Shown here: positions 19,605 to 28,997 of the stretch, piece after piece | How the letters are laid out: each line of letters opens with the position of its first letter | How positions within the stretch are numbered: position 1 is the first letter of the stretch | NCBI GenBank assembly: GCA_965226045.1 | Contig: CBDDBU010000024.1 | Span: 68,425-132,424, forward strand | Reading direction: 5' to 3' | Length of the DNA: 64,000 nucleotides | Origin: Alphaproteobacteria bacterium | GTDB lineage: Bacteria; Pseudomonadota; Alphaproteobacteria; VGEJ01 | The notes under the pieces: generated by a model | What the model was told of the DNA's origin: nothing | The model's database searches: none | The model's input: only the letters and a program-made list of their open reading frames with translations | Program-made: the position numbers and the translations under genes

Positions 19605-20844
19605 ATGAAACGCGAGACCGCTGGCGGTGATCGCTGCCAGGTCTTTCAGCCCGGCGAGTTGATATTCGCTGAAGGCATGCCAGGCGATGCTGCGTTCATC
19701 ATTGAACGCGGCGAGGTCGATATTAGTCGCCTGCGCAACGGACAGCAGATGCGCCTCGGGCTGTTGGGCGAGGGCGAGATTTTCGGCGAGATGGCCCTCA
19801 TCGACGACAGCCCGCGCACCGCCACGGCGCGTGCGGTCGAGGAGACCGAGGTCATCACGATCTCACCCGAACAGATTCAAAGTAAACTGCAGAGCGCTGA
19901 TACCACAACCTCGATGCTTCTGCGCCTGCTCTTGAAGCGCTTCTGCGGAGTCCAAGAATTGATGGGCGGCACGCTCGCGCCGAGCGCGGCCCAAGCGCCT
20001 GGCCGGCCCGCCGACGAGGCCGATGAGTACGACCGCCAGTACGAAGGCGTTTCGCCACCATCTGAGGCTCGAGCAGGAACTTACCGATGGCATTTCGTGG
20101 GGCGAACTGCGGCTGGTCATGCAGCCCGTCATGTGGCTCGAGGGCCGCAGCGTCGCCGGTTACGAGGCGCTGATCCGCTGGCAACATCCCCGCCGGGGCT
20201 TGGTTTCGCCCGGCGAGTTCGTTCCCATCGCCGAAGCCGGCGGACTGATCCCCGACCTCGACCGGTGGCTGTTCCCCGCCGCCTTCCAGGCCCTGGCCCA
20301 AATTCACGAGCGTTGGGCGGACAGCGAGCGACCGTTTCTTAGCGTCAATCTCTCGGGCCTGCGCTTCGCCGACCTTAGCGTGGTGACGGATCTCCGCGAC
20401 GCCATGTCCGCCAGCGGCATCGGGGCACAAGACGTCAAGGTCAAACTCACCGAGGGCGCGCTGATCGGTAACCCGCAGGTCGCGTCCGCCGTGCTCGATG
20501 GACTGAAGGAACTCGGACTGGGCATCGCCATCGACCATTTTGGAACCGGCTATTCGAGCCTCAGCGACCTCCACCGCGTCCCCATCGACACGCTCAAGAT
20601 CGACCGAAGTTTCGTCACCACGATGTTGGGCAGCGACACCAGCCTGCGCATCGTCCAAAGCATCGTCGGCCTCGCCAAGGCGCTCGACATGACCATCGTC
20701 GCCGAGGGCATCGAGAACGAGCCGGAGGTTGGCGCCCTTGCGGGGCTCGAGTGCGAATACGGTCGGGGCTACCTGTTCAGCAAACCCCTTTCGCCCGATA
20801 CGGCCACCGACTTCGCGGTGCGGGGGCGGCCGAACACCGCTTAG
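19605..20844 (+). pseudogene. Cyclic-nucleotide-binding plus EAL domain protein, frameshifted
   Basis: cNMP domain (GEIFGEMALIDDSPRTATARA) in 19587..20342 and EAL domain (YEALIRW, KIDRSF, VAEGIE) in 20023..20844; frames switch near 20030. Confidence 0.85.
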
Positions 20845-20889
20845 CAGCCGCGCCTCGACAGGGTAGTATGGGAAGACCGGCGTCGAGGC

Positions 20890-21874
20890 ATGACTCAACA
20901 CATTCGAACAACGGCAAAGCGCCTGTTACCGGCGGCCACTACGCGAAAGATTTAAGAATTATGAATGGCGCGTTCGTCAGGCTACGGTACCACTTGTACG
21001 GCGATTGGTTGGAGTACTTCCAAGACGGGTCCAGCTAGCGCTTTTGTCTGCGGCTGCAGAGGCACTAGAAGTTCGACGGATTGGCGTCAATGGGTTGAAT
21101 GGTCCCGTGCTTGGAAATCCGCGGGACCATGGGGTCTTCCTGCCCTATGCCCAGAGTGACCGTTACAGCTGGCATCTCGTCGAAGTGATTCTCGAGCTCT
21201 TTGGCCGCGGGAAGGGCGGTACATTCGTCGATATTGGGGCGAATATTGGCCTCATGACCTTGCCAATAGCCGCTCAAGGGATCGACTGTGAAGCCTTTGA
21301 GGCTGATCCGGACGTGTTCATGTTGTTGGCGGACAACATCGCCCTCAGCGGGGTTGCAGACCGGGTGCGGGTACACAATACAGTGCTTTACGACACCGAA
21401 AGAAGCGTCGAGTTTTAGAGAGGCCCGACGAATCGTGGGGACAATCGAATCGCCGCGACGAACCACCGAGGCAAGGACGCCATGGGAGAGCATCGCAGAG
21501 AAAAGATCAAACTGACGACTTGTCGTCTCGATGACCTGATTTCCGCCGACAGCCTCTCACGACCCATTTTCGTCAAGATGTATACCCAGGGCGCTGAAGC
21601 GAGAATTGTTGGTGGCGGCCCTGTCTTTTTTGAGGGAGTCGATGCAATCTTGTTTGAGTTTTGGCCTTATGGTCTTGTCCGTCATGGCGAATACATGAGC
21701 GTTCTGTCTAAATATCTGAGCGCAAACTACAGCAAAGGAGTTGTTCTCCCTCCAACTTCAAGCTCGGTGAACGAGCACGACTTTAGGTCAATCGATGAAG
21801 TGGTCAGCCGAATGAAAATATTTGCGGAGACACTGCATCCCCACCGTCAAGTGGATGTCCTCGCTGTGCGCTGA
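20890..21874 (+). pseudogene. FkbM family methyltransferase, multiple lesions, lower GC
   Basis: FVDIGANIG, AFEADP, stop/frameshift at 21416-21421, NRGDNRI, CRLDD, VKMYTQGAE, FEFWPYGL. Confidence 0.8.
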
Positions 21875-21951
21875 ACACAACGCGGGGGAGACGGCGAGGC
21901 CACGGGGGCGGGTACGCGGCCTGAGCGTGCGAGCGACGCAGGGTTAGTTAG

Positions 21952-22740
21952 ATGCGATCGAGCACCGAACCCGGACCGGAACGTGGCCGGCACGCCACCG
22001 ATGCGGAGATCGTCGATCTACTCTACGCGGCGTATCCGGCTTGGAAAGTAGATTGGGAGCGCGACGAGCCAAGGCGCCGTGCAGCGCAGTTCTCGACCGA
22101 AATGAGGCGAGCCGGTTTGGCGCCCGGCGCGCGGATCATAGAAATCGGATTTGGCGGTGGGGTCTTTCTCGACTGGGCACGGTCCGCGGGATTCGAGGTA
22201 TTCGGTGTTGAGCGGAACGAAGCCTTCTGTCTCTCAGCCCGTGAGCGGGGGCACGATGTCGAGCGCAGAACACTCGCGACGCTTGAAGATAAGGATCGCG
22301 GACAAGCCGATCTCCCGGTTTGCTTCGATGTCCTGGAGCACCTTACCCTCGGCGAGATCACCGACCTCCTTACCGATGCGCGGGCTTTCCTCCGTACCAA
22401 CGGCAGAGTGGTCGCGCGATTTCCGAACGGGGCGAGTCCATTCGGACGAGTGTGGCAGCACGGCGACCTTACGCACAAGACGACGCTGAGCGCAGATAGT
22501 ATCGGACAACTTGGAGCCCTTGCAGGATATCGGCTGGTGTCGACCCACAATGCCGCGCGACCGATGGGAAGCTCCAAGCGCTGGCGCGGCCGTGCGGCTC
22601 TCCGAAGGTGCATCTATGGCCTTAGAGATATCGTGAATGTCGCGATTTGCGGCCTCTATTTTGGCAAGCTAATGCCCGTTGATGCGAATGTGACGGTAGT
22701 ATTGGAGAAGACGGTGAAACCGCGAACGGACGGCGATTAG
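21952..22740 (+). CDS. Class I SAM-dependent methyltransferase
   Basis: IIEIGFGGG, FGVE, FDVLEHL, FPNG.SPFG..HGDLTH. Confidence 0.85.
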   Translation: MRSSTEPGPERGRHATDAEIVDLLYAAYPAWKVDWERDEPRRRAAQFSTEMRRAGLAPGARIIEIGFGGGVFLDWARSAGFEVFGVERNEAFCLSARERGHDVERRTLATLEDKDRGQADLPVCFDVLEHLTLGEITDLLTDARAFLRTNGRVVARFPNGASPFGRVWQHGDLTHKTTLSADSIGQLGALAGYRLVSTHNAARPMGSSKRWRGRAALRRCIYGLRDIVNVAICGLYFGKLMPVDANVTVVLEKTVKPRTDGD

Positions 22741-22816
22741 ATCGTGGACACATGATGGACTTCTCTGTTGTCGGGGACGTTGGGCGGGCCTCGCCACCCG
22801 AGAGGGAACCGGCCAG

Positions 22817-24463
22817 ATGATCGAGCTACCCAAGGGCGGCGGTTACGAACGGATGCGCTCCGCCGTGCGGCTCGCCATCCCCGAGTTCTACAATTTTGGC
22901 TTCGACGAGATCGATCGGCGCGCGCGTGAGGCCGACAAGACCGCGTTCATCCATGTCACGCGCAGCGGCGAGACGATGTCGCACCACAGCTTCTCCGACC
23001 TCGCCGCGGCGTCCAACCGCTTCGCCCGCGTGCTCATGGATCTCGGCGCCGCTAAAAGCGACTTCGCCTTCGTCATGATCCCGCGCGTGCCGGCATGGTA
23101 CGAGGTCATGATCGGCTGCATCAAGGCCGGCGTGGTCGCGATGCCTGGCACCAATCTGCTGACGGCCAAGGACATCGAGTACCGCATCAACAAATCGCGG
23201 GCGAAGATCGCCGTCGTCAGCGCGGATGGGGCCGATAGGATCGAGGCGATTCGAGCCCGCTGTCCAAGCCTCGAACACTTGATTCTGATCGGTGAGAACA
23301 GGCCCGACTGGGTTACCTACGAGGACGCCTGCGCGGCCGCTTCCAACCGCCTCGAACGGGCCGACGCGCCGCCCTCGCGCGCTGCGGATATGATGCTCGC
23401 CTACTTCACGTCCGGCACCACCGCCTTCGCCAAGATGGTGCCGCGCGACCACGGCTATGCCCTCGCCCACGCCATCACGGGGCGCTATTGGATGGACCTC
23501 GGCGAGGACGATATCCACTGGACCCTGTCGGATACCGGTTGGGCCAAGGCGGCCTGGGGCATGTTGTTCCCGCCCTGGCTGATGGGGGCCACGGTGGTGC
23601 TCTATGACGGCGATCCCCGCTTCGATGCCGATGCCCACCTGCGCCTGATTGGTCGGCTGGGCGTGACCACGTTCTGCGCGCCGCCGACCGTCTACCGGGT
23701 CTTCGCCCAGGCCGCGCTCGGCGACTACGACCTCGGCTCGATCCGCCACTCGATCGGCGCTGGGGAGCCGCTCAACCCCGAGGTGATGCGGGTCTGGAAG
23801 GACGCCACCGGCACTGAGATCCACGACGGCTATGGCCAGACCGAGACCATCAATATCGTCGCCAATATGCCAGGCCTTACCGTCCGGCCCGGCTCAATGG
23901 GTCGGCCGGTGCCGGGCGTCGACGTCGATGTCGTCGACGACGAGGGCGCACCGGTCGCGGACGGCGAGATCGGCCACATCGCGGTGCGGATGACCGATCC
24001 TCATCCCCTAGGGCTCTTCCACGGCTACTACGCGGACGCGGCGGCCAACCAGCAGTGCTTCCGCCACGGCTGGTATTTCACCGGCGACACCGCGACCCGC
24101 GACGCGGATGGTTATATCTGGTTCGTCGGGCGCTCGGACGACATCATCGCATCGGCCGGCTATCGGATCAGCCCGTTCGAGGTGGAGAGCGCGCTGCAAG
24201 AGCATCCGGCGGTGGCCGAATCGGCGGTGGTCGGCAAGCCCGATGCGCTGCGCGGCGCCATCGTCAAGGCCTACGTGATCGCGGCGCCGGGCTATGAGCC
24301 CTCGGCAGCGCTCGAAAAAGAAATCCAGGACTTCGTCAAGGGCCAGACCGCGCCCTACAAGTATCCGCGCGAGATCGAATTTCGCGACGCCCTGCCCAAG
24401 ACCGTGTCCGGCAAGATCCGCCGCGTCGAGCTGCGCGCCGAGGCTGAGGCCGAAACGCGCTGA
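22817..24463 (+). CDS. Acyl-CoA synthetase (medium-chain, ACSM-like)
   Basis: YFTSGTTAFAK, GAGEPLN, GYGQTET, TGD..FVGRSDD, PYKYPR..LPKTVSGKIRR. Confidence 0.92.
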   Translation: MIELPKGGGYERMRSAVRLAIPEFYNFGFDEIDRRAREADKTAFIHVTRSGETMSHHSFSDLAAASNRFARVLMDLGAAKSDFAFVMIPRVPAWYEVMIGCIKAGVVAMPGTNLLTAKDIEYRINKSRAKIAVVSADGADRIEAIRARCPSLEHLILIGENRPDWVTYEDACAAASNRLERADAPPSRAADMMLAYFTSGTTAFAKMVPRDHGYALAHAITGRYWMDLGEDDIHWTLSDTGWAKAAWGMLFPPWLMGATVVLYDGDPRFDADAHLRLIGRLGVTTFCAPPTVYRVFAQAALGDYDLGSIRHSIGAGEPLNPEVMRVWKDATGTEIHDGYGQTETINIVANMPGLTVRPGSMGRPVPGVDVDVVDDEGAPVADGEIGHIAVRMTDPHPLGLFHGYYADAAANQQCFRHGWYFTGDTATRDADGYIWFVGRSDDIIASAGYRISPFEVESALQEHPAVAESAVVGKPDALRGAIVKAYVIAAPGYEPSAALEKEIQDFVKGQTAPYKYPREIEFRDALPKTVSGKIRRVELRAEAEAETR

Positions 24464-24499
24464 GCCTCTCGCGATGCCGCGACTCAGACCACTGTGAAA

Positions 24500-26371
24500 T
24501 CAGTTGAAGTCGGTGACCCCGGTCCAGGCCGCGCGCGGCGGCCGCGCCTTCAGTGTCCAGCAGCGATCGAGGAATATCTGAGTCGGGCGATCGTTCGGAT
24601 TGCCGCGCAGCGCCTCGGCGAAATGGGCGGCGCCCTCGTCCCACTCTTGGGCGCGATAGTGCGCCAAGCCCTGCTCGTAGGCCGCTAGGACATTCTCGAT
24701 GTTGGGGAACGAGTCATCGTCGTGGTAGTCGAGAATCTCGAACAGAGTCACCGGACCATCCCGGCCGATTACCCGCGCCTTGTCGATTTCGCGGATCCGA
24801 TGGTCCTTGCGCAAGCGTTTCCGGGTGTCCTCGGTGACGAGAATTCGGGTGCCGTAGTATTTGTTCGCCGACTCCACGCGCGACGCGACGTTCACATGAT
24901 CGCCGATCACGGTGTAGTCCATGCGCCGGGGTGAGCCGATCGTCCCGGCGACGACTTCGCCGGTGTCGATGCCAACGCCGATCTTGAGGGTGGATCTGCC
25001 TTCGGACTCCTGCCGCTGATTGAACTCGCGCAGCCGTGCCAGCATCTCGATCGCTGTCGCCACGGCATCGTCGGTATCATCCGCCGCGACGAACGGTGCG
25101 CCGAACACGGCCATGATCGCGTCGCCGATGAACTTGTCCAGGGTCCCGCCGTGCTTGAAGATGACATCCACCATGAGGGCGAAATAGTCGTTCAGGACAG
25201 CTACCATCTCGCGCGCGCCCAGCCGTTCGGACAGACCGGTGAAGTTGCGAATGTCGGCGAACAAGATGGTGACCTCTTGAGCGGCGCCCCCTAGCAGGGT
25301 CTCGTCGAGATCGAGCAGCTGCTCGACGACGCGGTCCGACATGAAACGGACCATCGTCCCCTTGATCCGCTTTTCCCGGGTGATGTCCTCCAGAACCAGC
25401 ATGTACTCCTTGGCATGCCGGTCGAGACTGGCGAGCGGGGCCGACGTGACATTGACCGAGACCCGTCCCGAGTCGCCCAGGTCGATCTCGCGGTCGAGCT
25501 GCACGTGCGGCTGTCCGTCGTCGTCCGCCTCGGCGAGGCTGTCTAGCACCCATTGGTTCGCGGGCCCAAGCAGATCCGAGACCACGACGCCGACCAGATC
25601 GTCGACGTTGTCGCGCCCAAGAATGCGGAGCGCCGCGCGGTTGACCTTGGTAATGCGTTGCGCGCTATCAAGGGTGATGACCCCGTTCGAGAGGTTTTGC
25701 AGGACGTTCTCGTTGAAGTTCTTGACCGCAACGATCTCCGCGTGCGCCCGTCGCTCTGCCGTGACATCGCGCCCGTAGACGTTGACGTACTGTTCGCCCG
25801 GCACCGGCATGAAGACCAGCGCATAGGTCCGCTCGCCGCTCTCCAGGTCGGCCGTCACTGACTCAACGGTCGTGAAGGCGCGCGCGACCGAGGCCACGAG
25901 TCCGGCGGTCAGCATCTCTTGAGCATCTCCGCGCTCGAGCAAACCGACCAGCCGTTGGGCCGCGTCATTGGCATAGAGAGCCCGCCCCTGGGGATCGACC
26001 CGCAGTACCGGGTTGGGATTCTCGGACGGAAATTTCGCCAGCTCGCGCGAGCGCGCCTGGGCCCGGCGCTCCTCGGTGACCTCACGCCCGTAGACGTTGA
26101 TGTACTGCTCGCCCGGAACCGGCGTGAAGGCCATCGCGAAAAGCCGCTGTCCGGCCGTGAAGTCGAGCTCCTGGGTCTCGCCGGTTCGGAAGGTTTCGGC
26201 GACAGCCTCGACCAGCGGGTGCGCAACGATGCGGCCGTCGGCCTCGGCGAGCAGCCCGCCGAGCGCCTCGGCCGCCGCGTTCGCATAGAGAACCGCCCCG
26301 GCGGCGTCGAGCCGGAGGACTGGATTTGGGTTCTCCGATGGGAACTTGCCCAGATCCTCGATCGTTTGCAT
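24500..26371 (-). CDS. Class III adenylate cyclase with tandem PAS-like modules and a TPR-like tail
   Basis: KFPSENPNPVLR twice, a third PAS, FADIRNFT, LDKFIGDAIMA, DYTVIGDHVNVASRVES. Confidence 0.9.
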   Translation of the reverse strand: MQTIEDLGKFPSENPNPVLRLDAAGAVLYANAAAEALGGLLAEADGRIVAHPLVEAVAETFRTGETQELDFTAGQRLFAMAFTPVPGEQYINVYGREVTEERRAQARSRELAKFPSENPNPVLRVDPQGRALYANDAAQRLVGLLERGDAQEMLTAGLVASVARAFTTVESVTADLESGERTYALVFMPVPGEQYVNVYGRDVTAERRAHAEIVAVKNFNENVLQNLSNGVITLDSAQRITKVNRAALRILGRDNVDDLVGVVVSDLLGPANQWVLDSLAEADDDGQPHVQLDREIDLGDSGRVSVNVTSAPLASLDRHAKEYMLVLEDITREKRIKGTMVRFMSDRVVEQLLDLDETLLGGAAQEVTILFADIRNFTGLSERLGAREMVAVLNDYFALMVDVIFKHGGTLDKFIGDAIMAVFGAPFVAADDTDDAVATAIEMLARLREFNQRQESEGRSTLKIGVGIDTGEVVAGTIGSPRRMDYTVIGDHVNVASRVESANKYYGTRILVTEDTRKRLRKDHRIREIDKARVIGRDGPVTLFEILDYHDDDSFPNIENVLAAYEQGLAHYRAQEWDEGAAHFAEALRGNPNDRPTQIFLDRCWTLKARPPRAAWTGVTDFN

Positions 26372-26532
26372 CTCGGGTTCGTTTACCTCTGGGCGCGCCG
26401 GCCCTGTGCGGACCAATAAGGACGAGCGCCGCTGCCCTCGGAGTCCCAGAATCACCGGGCGGCCTTGGCCCGCCGCCGCTCTGGGTCATAATACGGCATG
26501 GGCGGTGGCGAGGAAACGCATCGAGGAGACAG

Positions 26533-27963
26533 ATGAGCCGCGCGGCCGCGATCGCGCGCGCGGAGGCCCATTTCGATGGTGGCGGGTACATAGACGACCT
26601 GGCCCGTCGGGTCGCGATCCGCACCGAGAGCCAGGTACCCGAAAGCCGGCCCCATTTGTTCGCATACCTGCAGGACGAGATCGGCCCCAGGCTCGAGGAG
26701 ATGGGATACACGGTCGAAATCCTTGTCAATCCGGTGGCGGCAGGCGGGCCGTTCCTCGTCGCCCGTCGGGTCGAGACTCCGGCCCTGGCCACGGTGCTGA
26801 CCTATGGCCATGGCGATGTCGTGCGGGGCCTGGAGCGCGAGTGGCTCGACGGCCTCTCGCCGTGGACGCTGACGGCCCGCGGCGACAGGCTCTACGGGCG
26901 CGGCGTCGCCGACAACAAGGGCCAGCACTCGATCAACCTCGCCGCCCTAGCGCTGGTGCTCGCCGAGCGTGGGCACCTCGGATTCAACTCGACGATCCTG
27001 ATTGAAACCGGCGAGGAGATCGGTTCGCCGGGCCTGCGCGAGTTGTGCGACCAGAACGGCGAGCAGCTCGGCGCCGATCTCCTGCTGGCGTCGGACGGAC
27101 CTCGGCTCAGCGCCGATCGGCCGACGCTGTTCATGGGCAGCCGCGGCGCGCTCGATTTCGAGCTCAAGGTCGAGCTGCGCGAGGGCGGCCACCATTCGGG
27201 CAATTGGGGCGGCCTCCTCGCCAACCCCGGCATCATCCTCGCCAACGCCATCGCCTCGATCGTCTCGGCCACCGGGCGGGTGAACGCGCGCGATCTCGTG
27301 CCCCAAGCCATACCCGACTCGGTGCGCGAGGCGCTGGCCGATTGCGCGGTCGAACCCAGCGAGTCCGATCCAACGATCGACCCCGACTGGGGCGAGCCCG
27401 GCCTGACGCCGGCCGAGAAGGTGTTCGGGTGGAATACCTTCGAGGTGCTGGCGTTCAAGACCGGCAACCCGGAGAACCCGGTCAACGCGATACCGCCGCG
27501 CGCCAACGCCCATTGCCAGATTCGCTACACCGTGGACACCGAACCCGACGCGTTCATGCCCGCCCTACGGCGCCATCTCGACCGACACGGATTTGAGACG
27601 GTGAGGGTCGAGCTCTCGTCTGGTAGCCTCTTCCGCGCGACCCGGCTCGATCCCGACCATCCCTGGGTGCGCTGGGCGGCGCGCTCGATTGAGCGGACCG
27701 TCGGACGGCGGCCGGCGCTGTTGCCGAACCTCGGCGGCTCGCTGCCCAACGATTGCTTCTCCGAAGGGCTGGGCCTACCGACCGTCTGGGTCCCCCACTC
27801 CTACGCAGGCTGTGCGCAACACGCGGCCAATGAACACGGCCTCAAATCGATCCTGCGCGAAGGCCTCTCGATAGCTACCGGCCTATTCTGGGACCTCGGC
27901 GACGGCGAGGTTCCCGTCGAGCGCCCCCGAACCACGCCGCCACGGGATGGAGGAGGACCATGA
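26533..27963 (+). CDS. M20 family metallopeptidase/amidohydrolase
   Basis: YGHGDVV, GRGVADNKGQH, ETGEEIGS, SDG, QHAANEH. Confidence 0.9.
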   Translation: MSRAAAIARAEAHFDGGGYIDDLARRVAIRTESQVPESRPHLFAYLQDEIGPRLEEMGYTVEILVNPVAAGGPFLVARRVETPALATVLTYGHGDVVRGLEREWLDGLSPWTLTARGDRLYGRGVADNKGQHSINLAALALVLAERGHLGFNSTILIETGEEIGSPGLRELCDQNGEQLGADLLLASDGPRLSADRPTLFMGSRGALDFELKVELREGGHHSGNWGGLLANPGIILANAIASIVSATGRVNARDLVPQAIPDSVREALADCAVEPSESDPTIDPDWGEPGLTPAEKVFGWNTFEVLAFKTGNPENPVNAIPPRANAHCQIRYTVDTEPDAFMPALRRHLDRHGFETVRVELSSGSLFRATRLDPDHPWVRWAARSIERTVGRRPALLPNLGGSLPNDCFSEGLGLPTVWVPHSYAGCAQHAANEHGLKSILREGLSIATGLFWDLGDGEVPVERPRTTPPRDGGGP

Positions 27964-28988
27964 TGTCCAATGCCTGCGCCAGACTTGGCGTCTTGTTGGC
28001 CACACTGTTGGCCGTCGCGAGTCTGTGGCTGTCAGGGGGCGCCACCGCTCAGGAGCGCACCTACATTCTCAGTACGGCGACCACGGGTGGCACTTACTAT
28101 CCGGTCGGCGTGGCGATCGCGACGCTCGTCAAGGTCAAGCTGGCACCGCGTGAAGACATCGCCATGGCGGCGATCAGTTCGGCCGGTTCCGGCGAGAACG
28201 TCAAGCTGTTGCGCGAAGACCAGGCGCAGTTCGCGATCCTACAGGGTCTGTTCGGGCGCTGGGCGTGGACGGGGACCGGCAAGGTCGCGGCGGACGGCCC
28301 GCAGGAATATCTGCGCTCGGTCACCATGTTGTGGCGGAACGTCGAACACTTCGCGGTCCGCTCGGAACACGCCGCGTCAGGGACGATCGCGGATCTGGCG
28401 AACCTCACGGGCCGGAAGTTCTCGATCGGCAAACGGAACTCGGGCACCGAGGGCTCCGGCCTCGAGATCTTGACCAATCTTGGCCTCGATCCCGAGGCGA
28501 CGTTCGACATCGTGAACCTCGGCTACGGGCCAAGCGCCGATGCGCTACAAAACGGCACCATCGAGGGCTTCAACATGCCTGGCGGTGTGCCCATCGGCGC
28601 CGTGACGCGGGTGTTCGCCTCGGTTGGCGACGGTCTCGTCGTCCTCGATTTCACCGACGACCAACTTGATCAGGCCAACGGCGGCGGCGAGCTATGGACC
28701 CGCTACGTGATCGCGGCCGGCACGTATCCCGGCCAGGGCGCGGAGATCAGGACCATCGCGCAACCCAACTTCCTGGCCGTGCGGACCGACGTGGACGCCG
28801 ACGCGGTCTACCTGATCACCAAGACGATCTACGAGAACCTCCCGTTCCTCCACAGCATCCACAAAGCGACCAAAGCGATGTCCCTCGACCAGGCCTTGGC
28901 GGGCTTGCCCGCGCCGCTACATCCGGGCGCCGCGCGGTACTATCGCGAGGTCGGCATCGAGATTCCCGCCGCGCTGATCGCGCCGTAG
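27960..28988 (+). CDS. TAXI-type TRAP transporter solute-binding protein
   Basis: TATTGGTYYPVG, SAGSGENV, SIGKRNSGT, PLHPGAARYYRE. Confidence 0.93.
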   Translation: MMSNACARLGVLLATLLAVASLWLSGGATAQERTYILSTATTGGTYYPVGVAIATLVKVKLAPREDIAMAAISSAGSGENVKLLREDQAQFAILQGLFGRWAWTGTGKVAADGPQEYLRSVTMLWRNVEHFAVRSEHAASGTIADLANLTGRKFSIGKRNSGTEGSGLEILTNLGLDPEATFDIVNLGYGPSADALQNGTIEGFNMPGGVPIGAVTRVFASVGDGLVVLDFTDDQLDQANGGGELWTRYVIAAGTYPGQGAEIRTIAQPNFLAVRTDVDADAVYLITKTIYENLPFLHSIHKATKAMSLDQALAGLPAPLHPGAARYYREVGIEIPAALIAP

Positions 28989-28997
28989 TCGGCGCCG

